Assembly (NCBI RefSeq): GCF_006345805.1
Contig: NC_042998.1
Coordinates: 248,001 to 312,000 of the forward strand
Length of the DNA stretch: 64,000 nt
DNA from: Octopus sinensis
Lineage: Eukaryota
Direction of reading: 5' to 3'
Numbering within the stretch: position 1 is the stretch's first letter; each line of letters starts with the position of its first letter. Shown here piece after piece: positions 13,513 through 26,317 of this stretch. The notes under the pieces were generated by a model. The model saw only the letters and a list, made by a program, of their open reading frames with translations, made no database searches and had not been told where the DNA came from. The position numbers and the translations under genes were made by a program.

Positions 13513-14000
13513 ATATATATATCAGTGTTCTCCAGCCAGTTCTATCCTGGGTCGCTTCTTTCAGATTGGCTATGGCCATTCCCGTGTCACTCTTGATGGT
13601 GTCAAGCCAGCGGGTTCTTGGTCAGCCACTTCCTCTCTTGCCACTGACCATTCCAAGCATGATGTCCTTCTCCAGGGATTTTCTCCACATAATATGACTG
13701 AAATATGCCAATCTATGCTTGGTGATCCTAGCTTCTAGCGACAGTTTTAGCTTGATCTGTTTAAGAACTTCTTCATTAGTGAGCCTCGCTGTCCATTGAA
13801 TCCGTAAAAGTCTTCTCCAACACCAAAGCTCAAATGTATTAATTCTCTTCTGGTCAGTTTTCTTTAGTGCCCAGGTCTCGCATCCATATGTTGCTATTTG
13901 GAAGATGGCTGCATTCACCAATCTGCATTTGGTAGCGAGGCTGATGTCTCTACTCTTCCAGACCCTGCTCATGCTGACCATTGCTTCTCTGCCTGGTACT
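13513..14000 (-). mobile_element. BovB-like RTE LINE 3' fragment
   Basis: ORF 13622..14137 contains YGCETW, FELWCWRRLLRI, LEKDIMLG and SGKRG. Its 3' end is near-identical to 62500-62720. Confidence 0.82.
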
Positions 14001-14522
14001 ATCTGCCGCCTTATTTCTGGAGTGCAGTTACCATGAAGTAAAACATCTAATGTTGAATTAGATAATGTTAGACCTCCTGTTGTAATAGGAAAATAATGAT
14101 CATAATGTAGGGGAAGAACATTTAATAGGTTATCCATGGGTGGGAGCTAATCATCGAGATACTTTAATTCTGGTAGGAATGGCTATAAGTTATATAGCAG
14201 TATGTAAAGTTTGCTTGCATATCTACATTTATGGGCTTGTACAATAAAATCTAAAAGACTGAGAGATAATATGGCAAAGATTATTCCTAGTTTTCTGAAT
14301 GTTTATTTCTTTTAATGAATGGTATGAAATGTGTGTGACATAATGATATATAATACTGTCCAAGGTAGTACCTCAATATGGTTGCAGTCCAATGGCAAAT
14401 AAAAAAAACCAAAACAACCCAAAATATGATTGTCATTGACAAAGGGACACTAAAATATTGACAATGATGAAGATGATTATCACCAATAAAGAAAAGAATA
14501 ATTAAAATAGAGCAAAACTTAC

Positions 14523-14605
14523 ATCACAGGCACAATAGAAACAGTTACTTTTTTGGAATTTTTCCCCAGGGTTATAATATTCATTGTTATCCATGATACA
14601 GCAAT
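14523..14605 (-). CDS. NELL: NELL-family exon: first half of vWC-2 (CCIMDNNEYYNPGEKFQKSNCFYCACD)
   Basis: Inside ORF 14502..14864. Acceptor cttttctcttggacAG, donor GTAAGT, 83 nt, phase 1 to 0. Confidence 0.9.
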
Positions 14606-15512
14606 CTGTCCAAGAGAAAAGATAACATACATATAGAATGTCTTGTGAACTATACAGCATATACACACACACCTTAACAATAAAGCCGGTTATAATTCTA
14701 ATAATTTCTGTTTCTAGTACTAAATTACAAACATTTGGGATAGCAGTGGCTCTCATGGCTTTTGATCTTAACTGATTGGAAGTGTCATTATGTACATGTT
14801 TTGTCTTGGTATAAAAGATGGCTACAGCAAATATTCTGCTCAGTACCACCGATTTTCTGGTCAATTACTTGACCTTAAACATTTGAGTATGTTTTCTGCT
14901 GGTTAAGTTTGCTCTGGCCCCTTCTCTTATACTTTTCCCTATCTTTTGCCCTTCATCTTGTACCATAAAATTGTCTCTCTTAGGGCTTGTAGTCTTGTAA
15001 TCAGCATGATACCTTCACTAGTGCTGGTACCATGGAAAAAAGCACATATTACATGCTGTAAAGTGGTTGGTGTTAGGAAAGGCATTTAGCCATAGAAAGC
15101 ATGATGCAGTCTTTGGGCCCATTGGATCCTGATGATGATGATGATGGCAGTGGTGGTGGTGATGATGATGATGATATTACTTGAAGTAGTAAAGTTTCAA
15201 CATTATAGGAACTCTGTGTGAAACAGCTAAGTAATGTTATTGCTCACTATTTAGATGGCAACATATAAATATTACAGTTATGGTTATACTAAAACACATC
15301 TAAAGTGAAGTATAAATTGATCTATACCAAATTAGAAAAAGAAAAAAAAAAAGAAGAAAACATTGATCTAGTTTCAAAAAGACATAAGAGACAGGTTTAG
15401 GAGATTTAATTGAGAAGATAACAGTGAAGTGTTAGAAATATAAAAGTTATTGGAAATCAATACATTAATAGACAATTAGTTAAACACATGTTAATATGGA
15501 TCTGAAACTTAC

Positions 15513-15603
15513 TATCAGATGCTGGTTTACAGCAATCTCGATAAACTGGATTCCGGCAATCCACTACTGAGCAATCCCTGTGTTTACATATAACTGACGT
15601 ATT
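15513..15603 (-). CDS. NELL: NELL-family exon: second half of vWC-1 (NTSVICKHRDCSVVDCRNPVYRDCCKPASD)
   Basis: Inside ORF 15457..15648. Acceptor tttttcatcAG, donor GTAAGT, 91 nt, phase 0 to 1. Confidence 0.88.
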
Positions 15604-15852
15604 CTGATGAAAAATAGAAAGAAAGGCAAATAAAATATTAGATTCCACTGATGCTTCTCTGTTATATAAAATGGATTTTTGAAAACTTTAGAAATAAATT
15701 CATATAGTCTAAAACTAGCCAACTTGTTTGCTATGCTGTGATGAGGAAACATTAATAAAATTGATTTGCTAATGATAACAAATCAGTGAACTTTATTAAT
15801 CTTCTCAAATATACTGGTTAATTCAAAATGAATGGTACAAAAAGAAAACATA

Positions 15853-16070
15853 TGAGGTGGGTACTGAAAAGTTCTTGGCTCTAAGGGTATTGTGAAAGGT
15901 CTGTCTGGAGGCCCATCCTTCTTAATTCTTTTACATGGCTTAGAAAAACTGAAGGACTGCTGCAATAAGTGTGTGAATCTGAAAGGGGAATATTTTGAAT
16001 AAAATCATAATTAATGGATTCTCCTGTGTTTTCTGTTACCCAAAGCCATAAACTTTTCAGCACCCCACCA
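15853..16070. mobile_element. Mariner-derived MITE, same family as 58701-58917
   Basis: Same TIR and internal sequence, reverse-complemented. Confidence 0.75.
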
Positions 16071-18168
16071 TCTTGTACATGTGAGTGGTGTAATAAATGT
16101 ATTGCAAAAATAAAAAGTAACATGAAAGAAGGAGGAGAGACTATCAATGGCAAATCATTCACCCTAGCAATCTAGCCTTCTGGAAGATGCCAGTTGAGCT
16201 AATTGCCTACACCAATGTGGTGGGACTCATCTTGCTGCATAATGATGTCAGGTATCTCTTCTTTCAACTGGAGTAACAAACAGCCAAATGGACAGTATGT
16301 CAAAATAGGTGCACCCGGTAATGGTGGACCATTCATTTTGAATTACCCTGAATACAATTTGAAACTTTGATGAACTTCAATCGTTATTTCAAAAATGTAT
16401 TTTGTAATATTTAATAAATAAATACTCATAAAACATATTACGTATAAATTTATAAAGATGCAAGCTCTTAAAGCACTTCATTATGTATACCTCTTCATTT
16501 GACCTTGATTCATCATAAACCATGATCGTGATACAGTGAGGGGCATAAACTCTTGAAATGGCTATGTAAAGATAGTTTTTTTTCAATCATTACATGCTGA
16601 TGCTATATAAAAAGCACCTGTACCAGTGCCATGTACAAAGCCCTTGTGCTGGTGCCATGGGAAAAGCATCCAGTACAATTGGCACTAGGAAGGGCATCCA
16701 GCTGCAGAAACCATGCCAAACACAGACGACTGGAGCCTAGTGTAGCTCTCTGGCAGGCCAGTTCCTGTCAAACAGTTCAACCCATACCAGCATAGAAAAT
16801 AGACATTAAATGGTGATGATGAGGAGGCGGAAGGAAGGTTGCATTCATGATCTGTAGCAGAGACTCTCAAGGCTGATGGGAAGTAGGAAGGTATTTTCAA
16901 ATCAGAAATGTGTCCTGAATGCTTGTAACAGAATGGTGGTATTAAACTGGTTAATGGATTAAATGTACTTCACACAAAAAGGCCATGGCAGGACTTGAAC
17001 TCAGAATGCAAAGAGCTGCAACAAATATACAAGGCATCCAGTTTAACATTTTTACAGTTCTTCCAATTCACAGCACTGATAAGACAAATTTATTCCTTAG
17101 AAATTATCTTCAATGAATTCTATTAATGAGTAAAATCAATCTAAAATACTCCAAAGATTACAATTTATTAAGAGATGGTTAATCTAAAAAAATATATATA
17201 TATATATAAACTCTGATTTCTATGAAAAATCCTTGGATTACATCCACTTTAACACATTCTGCTTTATTTGTAACCTCATACCAAATACACATGTTTGTAC
17301 TCTGTATTCTTAGTATTGTACAATTTCTGTAATTCCTTTAAGCTTTTTACTTTGGCAGATTCCATTCCATCTCTGTTCACAGCTATTTATTGCATCAACT
17401 CTTTCTTCTCACTCAAACTTGAATCATGTTTTTCTTCTCAGTTTTTCCTTAAGACAATATTCCATCATCTCTTTTTTTTCTTGTTATAAAATTAAATTTC
17501 CATGGAGTCTCCCTGCTATGAATAACTAACTTTAAATATAATATCAGCTGCACTAACTTCATGCAACTGTCTATCTTGGCAAAAATCTACACAACATATT
17601 GTTGTATCCATTCCCTCCCAGATGAACAAAAACAAAGGTATGTTATTCATGGATAAGTGCCAAAGCTAGCTGAGTCAATAAGATGTCTGTAACCCATGCT
17701 GCACTATATCCTTAACACTAAACATTAAACTTTCAATGGCTGTTTATCTAACAGAAAACAGCTACTGCTGGGAAGTGCAGTTCATTACTATAGGTAGCAA
17801 GGTCACTTTAATTAAGAAGTACTTCATTAATTTGCTGAGCACAAACCAACCCAAAGATAAAAAAAAAAAACAAACATAAAACTCCAACCTCCTGGCAAAA
17901 AAATCCATTATGTATCCCCCTTCAAATTCTCAAACAAAGACAAGGCTTCCCTGATGTCCCATAAGACACAATGCTAAAGGGACGTCACTTAATAATCAAT
18001 AAAGGATATCCGAAGGCTAGAAATTTCTAAATCCTCAAATGCCTGATTTGTAATGAAGCTGGTTTAAATAAAGAGGAAATTCTAATCCCAAGCATAATGC
18101 AACAATTGGCAACAAGTCAAGAAAACCGTGATTATCACTGAAGAATTTAAATGTTATTTTCAACCAAC

Positions 18169-18297
18169 CTTGCATATACAAACTGTACACTTGTTAGGGC
18201 TCCACCTCTCCCCCTCTTTTTTCATTGTATCATTATAAATGCAATAATGACAAGGGGACTGTTCCACTTTCAACAATCTTTCTTCTGCCTGCAGAAG
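18169..18297 (-). CDS. NELL: NELL-family exon: coiled-coil end plus first half of vWC-1 (LLQAEERLLKVEQSPCHYC...KCTVCICK)
   Basis: Inside ORF 18160..18408. Acceptor catatttcAG, donor GTTGGT, 129 nt, phase 0 to 0. Similar to the NELL LSRAEQR segment followed by vWC G-E-x-W and CxxCxC. Confidence 0.92.
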
Positions 18298-19361
18298 CTG
18301 AAATATGGAAACAATTTCATTAATCAATAACATATACATGTAATAAAGTTTACAGAATAGAAAAAAAAGAAGAAAAAAAAGAAATAAAAGTACTGACATG
18401 ACTGGCATTTCTTTCCTACATTTCCATTATTATATAACTTCATCTTATTGAATATACTGAATACAAATGTGAACAAAGATGAAGAGTATAAACAGAAAAG
18501 AAAAACCCGGCAAAATCAAAATGATAAACCAAAATCATACAAACAAAACCTATGTTTACATTCAATATATTGAAAAATGTTATTATTTTTTTTAACAAAC
18601 TTGATAATATATTTACTTCCTTTCCTTTAGATAAATTAATTCCTTTTCAATTTATTTAGTTCAGCAATGTCTTATGTTGTTTTGTAGAATGTTGCATCAT
18701 TTCACTTAACCACACCCTTAATCAATTCAGAGATAGGCTCCTAAGGCTGGTATAGAGTTTTATGAAATTAGTTTCACTACATCTAGCTAATATTTGAAAT
18801 ATGACCACCCATAACCTTTTAGCATTCAGATTACCCTTTCAAATACAATGCTTATCCATTCACATTGTTTTGAATTAATTATACATTATCTCATAGTTTT
18901 CAACGATATGTTTATTTGTTTTTAGAATGACATTGTAAGGTAGGTGTGAGAGGCCAAATCTGGTTAGTTTGAACATAAAACAGGAAGAATATTTTGGCTG
19001 GGTATGGCTGGTTTAAATGCTAATGGGTTAATTACAATGACTTTTATTCATTTCATTTGCCATAGAGGCAGTACAGAGATGGGTAGCTTTGCGGGCTGGA
19101 CAAGACATTGATGAGGCGAATGATAATGATAGAAGAGGATAAGTCTGATGCAGTCTCTCAGCTTACCAGTCCCGGTCAAACTGTCCAACCCATGCCAGCA
19201 TAGACAATAAACATTAAATGATGATGATAATATCAAACTCTCTGCATTTTCTAGGATAAAGATAGGATGGTCATGGCTGGGATGTCTTTGACCTTATTCT
19301 CAATCTCGGCTGGCCTGGTGATAAAAAAAAATCCAAAAATGTCTTAATATGTTAAACTTAC

Positions 19362-19444
19362 TTTTTTATTCAAATCTTGGATATCGCTCTGCATTTTTTC
19401 ATACATTTTCTGCAGATGTTGATGCTGTGCACATGTCGGGCAAC
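19362..19444 (-). CDS. NELL: NELL-family exon: CPTC plus start of coiled coil (CPTCAQHQHLQKMYEKMQSDIQDLNKK)
   Basis: Manual reading. Acceptor tcttttccAG, donor GTAAGT, 83 nt, phase 1 to 0. CPTC followed by a heptad-like helix is the NELL hallmark. Confidence 0.92.
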
Positions 19445-21619
19445 CTGGAAAAGATACAATAATCACCATGAAAATAATATTATAACTGTCTCTAAATTAG
19501 GAATAAGGCCAATAATTTTGAAAGGAGGACAATTAAGTTGGTCACAGTATTTTACAGGTTCTATATTTTATTGATCCTACAGAGATGAAAGACAAGGCTC
19601 ATTCTAGTGCAGTTTGATCTGAGAACGTAAACTGTCAGAAGAAATACACATGGCATTTTTTCTAGTGCACTTACTGGCAATCCACTGCCTATTAAAGTGG
19701 TTGGCATTAGGAAGGGTACCAAGCTGTACAAAACCATGCTAAAACAGAAAATAAAGCTTGGTGCATATCTCTGGTCGGTCAGCACCAGTTAATGCACCTG
19801 TTCAGCCAATGGAAAGCATGATGATAATAATGAATAGTTCTTTCTAATTTTGGCACAAGGCCAGCAATTTTGAGGTGAGGGAGCAAGCCAATTACATTGA
19901 TCCTAATGCTCAACTTGTACTTATTTTCTCAATCTCAGAAAGATGAAAGGCAAAGTTAACATTAGTGATGTTTGAACTTAGAATGTAAAGAACTTGAAGA
20001 AATGCTTCAAAGCAATATACTAATGATTTTATGAGCTCATCATTATAATAATGATAATAATAATTATTATTTCAAATTTTTGCCACAAGGGTAGCTTGTG
20101 AGAGGTGGGGATGAGTCAATTACATCAACCTCCAGTTTTTAAATGGTACTTATTTTTTTGACCCCGAAAGGATGAAAGGCAAAGTCGACCTCAGCGGAAT
20201 TTGAACTCAGAACGGAGCGACGGGTGGAATACCGCTAAGCATTTCGTCCAGCGTGCTAACAATTCTGCCAGCTCATCAGCTTAATAATATCAATAATAAT
20301 AATTCTTTTTACTATAGACACAAGGTCTGAAATTTTCGGGGAGGGGACTAGTCGATTACATCAACCCCAGTGTGTAACTGGTACTTAATTTATTGACCCC
20401 GAAAGGATGAAAGGCAAAGTTGACCTTGGCAGAATTTGAACCCAGAACATAAAAACAGATGAAATACTGCTAAGCATTTCTCCCGGTGTGCTGTTTCTGC
20501 CATCTCACAGACTTTAAGATAATAATAATAATAATAATAATAATCATAATAATAATAATAATCATAATAATAATAATAATCATAATAATAATAATAATGA
20601 TGATGATGATGATGATGATGATAATAACAATAATAATCCTTTCTACTATAGGCACAAGGCCTGAAATTTTAGGGGATGGGATAAGTTGATAACATCACCC
20701 CCAGTAGTCAACTGGTACTTATTTTATCAACCCTGAAGAAATAAGGGGCAAATTCAACCTTGGCAGAATTTGAACTCAGAATATAAAGATAGATGAAATG
20801 CTGCTAAGCATTTTGTCCAGTGTCCTAAGGATTCAGCCAGCCCCCAACTGCCTTAACAACATCAATGGCAGCATCAAGAAGAAGAAGAAGAAGAAAAAGG
20901 AAGAGGAGGAGGAGAATAAGAATAAGAATGAAAGAATGAATGAATGAAGAGAACTAGCACCTGCACCGGCACCAATATCACCACAGCAATACATATTCAA
21001 ATAGATGACTTGCCTGATGTATGTGCTAATAAAAATGAAAGGCAGGGTGAGAGTTGATAGATTAGACTAAACTAGACATGTGTGGCAATGTTGATAAAAA
21101 TGGCTGATTAATGTGTGTGTCTGCGTGTAATGCATACACACACACACACATTAAATTAGATATGTGGGAAGGCTGGAGAGAAGTCTGATTAATCATATAT
21201 ACACATATGTGTGTGTGTATGTGTGTATATATATATATATACTCTTTTACTTGTTTCAGTCATTTGACTGCAGCCATGCCGGAGCACCACCTTTAATCGA
21301 ACAACTCGACCCCAGGTCTTATTCTTTTGTAAGCCCAGTACTTATTCTATCAGTCTCTTTTGCCGAACCGCTAAGTAACGGGGACATAAACACACCAGCA
21401 CACCAGACATACAAACACACACGCACACATATATATATATACATATATACGACGGGCTTCTTTCAGTTTCCGTTTACCAAATCCACTCACAAGGCTTTGG
21501 TCGGCCCGAGGCTATAGTGAAAGACACTTGCTCAAGGTGCCACGCAGTGGGACTGAACCCGGAACCATGTGGTTTGGTAAACAAGCTACTTACCACAGAG
21601 CCACTCCTGCGCCTATATA

Positions 21620-24600
21620 CAGTGGGGTTGGACAAAATAATGGAAACACCTATCATCATAACATAATTTCGAAATATCTATAAAACTGTCAAAAGCTTGT
21701 TTATTTTTATGGTTTTGAATTTATTATTAGTGTTGCTTAATATATTTTGCTAAAATTGTTGTTTCCTTTCAGACATTATCAGAAAAAGATAATTAAAATT
21801 CATTAAAATGACAGATCTATCAGACTTTCAAAGAGGTGAAATTGTTAGTGCTCGTATGGAAGGCACTAGCCTAATGAAAACAGCTGAAATGTTTGGTGTC
21901 TCCAAAGCAATGACAGCCTTTGAGAAAGAGGGAAAGATCTCTTTGTCGAAACAAAACTCTGGAAGAAAACCAAAACTTTTAGATAGGGACTGTCGAACTC
22001 TTACGCGAATTGTTAGAAAGGATCACAAAAGTACAGCTCCCAAAATTACTGCAGAGCTTAATGACCACCTAGAGAACCCAGTTTCCACAAAAACTGTTTG
22101 CTGGGAGCTGCACAAAGCCAAATTTCATAGGAGGGCTGCAATCAGAAAACCACTACTTTCAAAAGCAAACACTGCAAAGAATCTAGAGTGGAGTAAAAAT
22201 CTACAGAATTGGTCCCTAGAGCAGTGGAAGAATGTTATTTTATCAGATGAGTCATCCTTTACCTTATTTCCAACCACCGGCTGAGTATATGTGAGATGAC
22301 AGCCAAAAAAAGCATTTGACTCAGACTGCTTTCTTCCAACTATTAAACATGGAGGAGGATCTGTGATGATCTGGGAGGGCTATATCTTGGAAATCTGCTG
22401 GCCCAATGGTTTCCCTTCATGGCAGAATTAATAGTCAAGACTAAGCATTTTATCTGAGCAAATTCATCCTATGGTTGCAGAACTGTTTCTGGAGGGAAAC
22501 AATCTTTCAGGATGATAATGCACCAATTCACACAGCTAAATTTGTTACTGAATGGTACAAGGAACAGTCTAGTGAAGTTGAACATTTTATTTGGCCACAA
22601 CAGTCCCCAGATCTTAATATTATTGAACATTTATGGTGAATTTTAGAAAAACAAGTAAGAAGTCGATATCCTCCACCATAATCACTACAAGAACTGGAGA
22701 CTGTTTTAGCTGAAGAACGGACAAAATTTCCTTTGGAAACAATTCAAACTTTGTATGAGTCCATACCCCGTAGAATTCAAGCTGTAATTACTGCCAAAGG
22801 CAGTCCTACCTATCATCATCATTTAGCGTCCGCTTTCCATGCTAGCATGGGTTGGACGGTTCAACTGGGGTCTGTGAAGCCAGAAGGCTGCATCAGGCCC
22901 AGTCTGATCTGGCAGTGTTTCTACGGCTGGATGCCCTTCCTAATGCCAACCACTCCGTGAGTGTAGTGGGTGCTTTTTACGTGCCACCTGCACAGGTGCC
23001 AGACAGAGCTGGCAAACGGCCATGGACGGATGGTGCTTTTTACGTGCCACCGGTATGGGGCCAGGCAAGGCTGGCAATGGTCACGAATGGATGGTGCTTT
23101 TTACGTGCCACCGGCACAAGGCTAATCAGGGCGGCACTGGCAATGGCCACGAATGGATGGTGGTGCCAGACGAGTCTGGCAAACGGCCACGAACGGATGG
23201 TGCCTTTTAAGTGCCACCAGCATGGGAGCCAGGCGAAGCTGGCAATGGCCACGAACGGATGGTGCTTTTTACATGCCACCGGCACGAGGCCAGTCGGGGA
23301 GGCGCTGGCAACGGCCACATTTGGATGGTTCTCTCATGTGCCACCGGCACTGGTAACTCAGCTGCAATTTCCATTGATCAATTTCGATTCTGATTCTCAC
23401 TTGCCTCAACAGGTCTTCACAAGTAGAGTTTTGTGTCCCAAGGAGGGAAGGTATGCATAAGTGGGCTGGCTACATCCCATGTAGAAGGCCACGGGTTATG
23501 GTCTCACTTGTCCTGCCGGGTCTTCTCGTGCACAACATACTTCCAGAGGTCTCTAGTCATTTCCTCAGTGAGACCTAAAGTTCGAAGGTCGTGCTTCACC
23601 ACCTCGTCCCAGGTTTTCCTGGGTCTGCCTCTTCCACAGGCTCCCTCAACCGTTAGGGTGTGGCACTTTTTCACACAACTATCTTCATCCATTCTCGCCA
23701 CATGCCCATACCAGCGCAAACGTCTCTCTTGCACACCACATCTGATGCTTCTTAGGTCCAGCTTTTCTCTCAAGGTACTTACACTCTGTCGAGTATGAGT
23801 ACTGACATTACACATCCCACACCTGAAACTTCTCCTCCAGTTCTGTTAGTGACTCAGCAATTAGAGCAAGGTCATCAGCATAGAGGAGCTCCCAGGGGTA
23901 TCCTGTCTTGAATTCCTCCGTTATTGCCTGGAGGACTATGATAAATAGGAGGGGGCTGAGGACTGAGCCTTGGTGGACTCCTACCTCTACCTGGAATACT
24001 TCACTGTACTCGTTGCCAACCCTCACCTTACTAGCAGCGTCCCTGTACATGGCTCGCACAGCTCTCACTAACCATTCATCTATCCCTAGTTTTCTCATTG
24101 ACCACCAAATAAGGGATCGGGGGACCCTGTCGAAGGCTTTCTCCATGTCAACAAAAGCCAGGTACAGGGGGCTTATCTTTGGCTAGGTATTTCTTCTGCA
24201 GCTGCCTTACCAGGAATATAGCATCAGTGGCACTTTTCCCCTGGCACGAACCCAAACTGCATCTCATCTAAACTAACTCTCTCTCTAATTAGTTGGGCTA
24301 TGACCCTCTCTGTAACCTTCATCACTTGATCCAACAGCTTGATACCTCTGTAATTATTTGTATCTAGGGCGTCACCTTTACCTTTGTAGCAGTTGACTAG
24401 TGTGCTGCTACACCAGTCATTGTGTATGACTCCTTTGTGTATCACCTGGTTAACTATACGGGTGACTAGGCTATAGCTGACACTACCAGATATTTTGAGC
24501 ATCTCTGCAGTGATTCCTGATGGGCCTGGGGCTTTCCCTGTCTTCATGCTTCTAATTGCCTTAACTACCAAGGAACTATCAACTCGGATAGCTGGTCCCT

Positions 24601-24659
24601 CTATTAAAATAAATTCAGTTGAAATTTTAAGGTGTTTCCATTATTTTGTCCAACCCCTG
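21620..24659 (+). mobile_element. Tc1-like DNA transposon (DD36E spacing), broken transposase at about 21808-22816, interrupted by the RTE LINE
   Basis: TIRs CAG(TG)GGGTTGGACAAAATAATGGAAACACCT at 21620 and reverse-complemented ending at 24659, TA on both sides. HTH start MTDLSDFQRGEIV. Motifs ILSDES, QDDNAPIH, SPDLNIIE. Confidence 0.92.
22814..24600 (-). mobile_element. RTE-clade LINE, 5'-truncated and frameshifted, inserted in a Tc1 element
   Basis: ORFs 24224..24571, 23808..24146 and 23504..23815 (NYRGIKLL, QFGF, EKAFDRVP, HQGSVLSPLLF, YADD, RLRWYGHV). 3' UTR of about 690 bp with ~61-bp repeats and a (TGA)n tail. CTAT at 22810-22813 and 24601-24604 is a possible TSD. Confidence 0.9.
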
Positions 24660-24673
24660 TATATAAAAGAGAT

Positions 24674-24712
<39 letters not shown>

Positions 24713-24784
24713 GTATATATATATATATATATATATCTGATATATATAGATATATATATATATATATATCTGTATATATATATA

Positions 24785-25188
24785 TTCGTGTGCGGGCATG
24801 GCTGTGTGGTTAGGGACCTTGCTTCCTAGCTGCATGGTTTTGGGTTCAGTCCCACTGCGTGGCACTTTGGGCTGGTGTCTTCCACTATAGCCCCGAGTTG
24901 ACCGAAGCTTTGTGATTGAATTCGGTAGGTGGATGTTACTGTCATGTGTGTATATGTGCATGTAGGTGCTCAGTGCCTCTCCGAAAGAGAAAGAGAGGGA
25001 TTACAAATATGTCTGTATGTGTGTGCATGCATGTGTGTGTGTGTGTGTGTGTGCAAATACACATTAAATTAGACATGCGCAGGCACCTTCGACAAGTACC
25101 TTTGACTAAAGCTTCAGACTAAGCAAAGCCTTGTGAGTGGATTTGGTAGATAGAAACTGAAAAAAGCCCATTGTATATGTGTATGTAT

Positions 25189-25223
<35 letters not shown>

Positions 25224-25689
25224 CTGTATATATATATATATATATATTCTGTATATATATATATATATCTATATATATATATATATATATATATTCGTGT
25301 GCGGGCATGGCTGTGTGGTTAGGGACCTTGCTTCCTAGCTGCATGGTTTTGGGTTCAGTCCCACTGCGTGGCACTTTGGGCTGGTGTCTTCCACTATAGC
25401 CCCGAGTTGACCGAAGCTTTGTGATTGAATTCGGTAGGTGGATGTTACTGTCATGTGTGTATATGTGCATGTAGGTGCTCAGTGCCTCTCCGAAAGAGAA
25501 AGAGAGGGATTACAAATATGTCTGTATGTGTGTGCATGCATGTGTGTGTGTGTGTGTGTTGTGCAAATACACATTAAATTAGACATGCGCAGGCACCTTC
25601 GACAAGTACCTTTGACTAAAGCTTCAGACTAAGCAAGCCTTGTGAGTGATTTGGTAGATAGAAACTGAAAAAAGCCCATTGTATATGTG

Positions 25690-25690
<1 letters not shown>
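24785..25690. repeat. Tandem duplication with a period of about 509 bp (SINE fragment plus (TA)n)
   Basis: tcgtgtgcgggcatgg at 24786 and 25295. The two units are near-identical apart from 1-bp indels. Confidence 0.9.
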
Positions 25691-25729
<39 letters not shown>

Positions 25730-26223
25730 GCTGAAATTTACAGAAAAAAAAGATGAAAGCAGGTGTATAAACAACAAGCAGGTGTTTTAGTTTCACACCC
25801 AGGAAGGTGAGAAAGTCTTTTATGTTTCAAGCCGATGCTCTTCAACAGAAAAGAACATGAGGGAAAAAAAAAAATATATACATGTATATATTTGCGTGTG
25901 TAGTGTGTGTGTGTGTTTGTGTTTGTCCCCCACCACTGCTTGACATCCAGTGTAGGTGTGTTTATGTCCCAGTAACTTAGCTGTTCAGCAAAAGAGACTG
26001 AGAGAGTAAGTACAAGGCTTAAAGAAAAAAGTGCTGTGGTCAATTCTCTCAAGCAAAAAATCTTCAAGGCAGTACCCTAGAATGGCCACAGTCTAATAAC
26101 AAACAATTAGACGATGAAAGCTGTAGAAATATTGGATGCAAGGTGGGTTATATACATATAAACACTTGCACATTTCTGAGAAGTGGTCCAGCCAGACCCT
26201 CTCACAGTGCAGCATAGAAGTGC

Positions 26224-26317
<94 letters not shown>

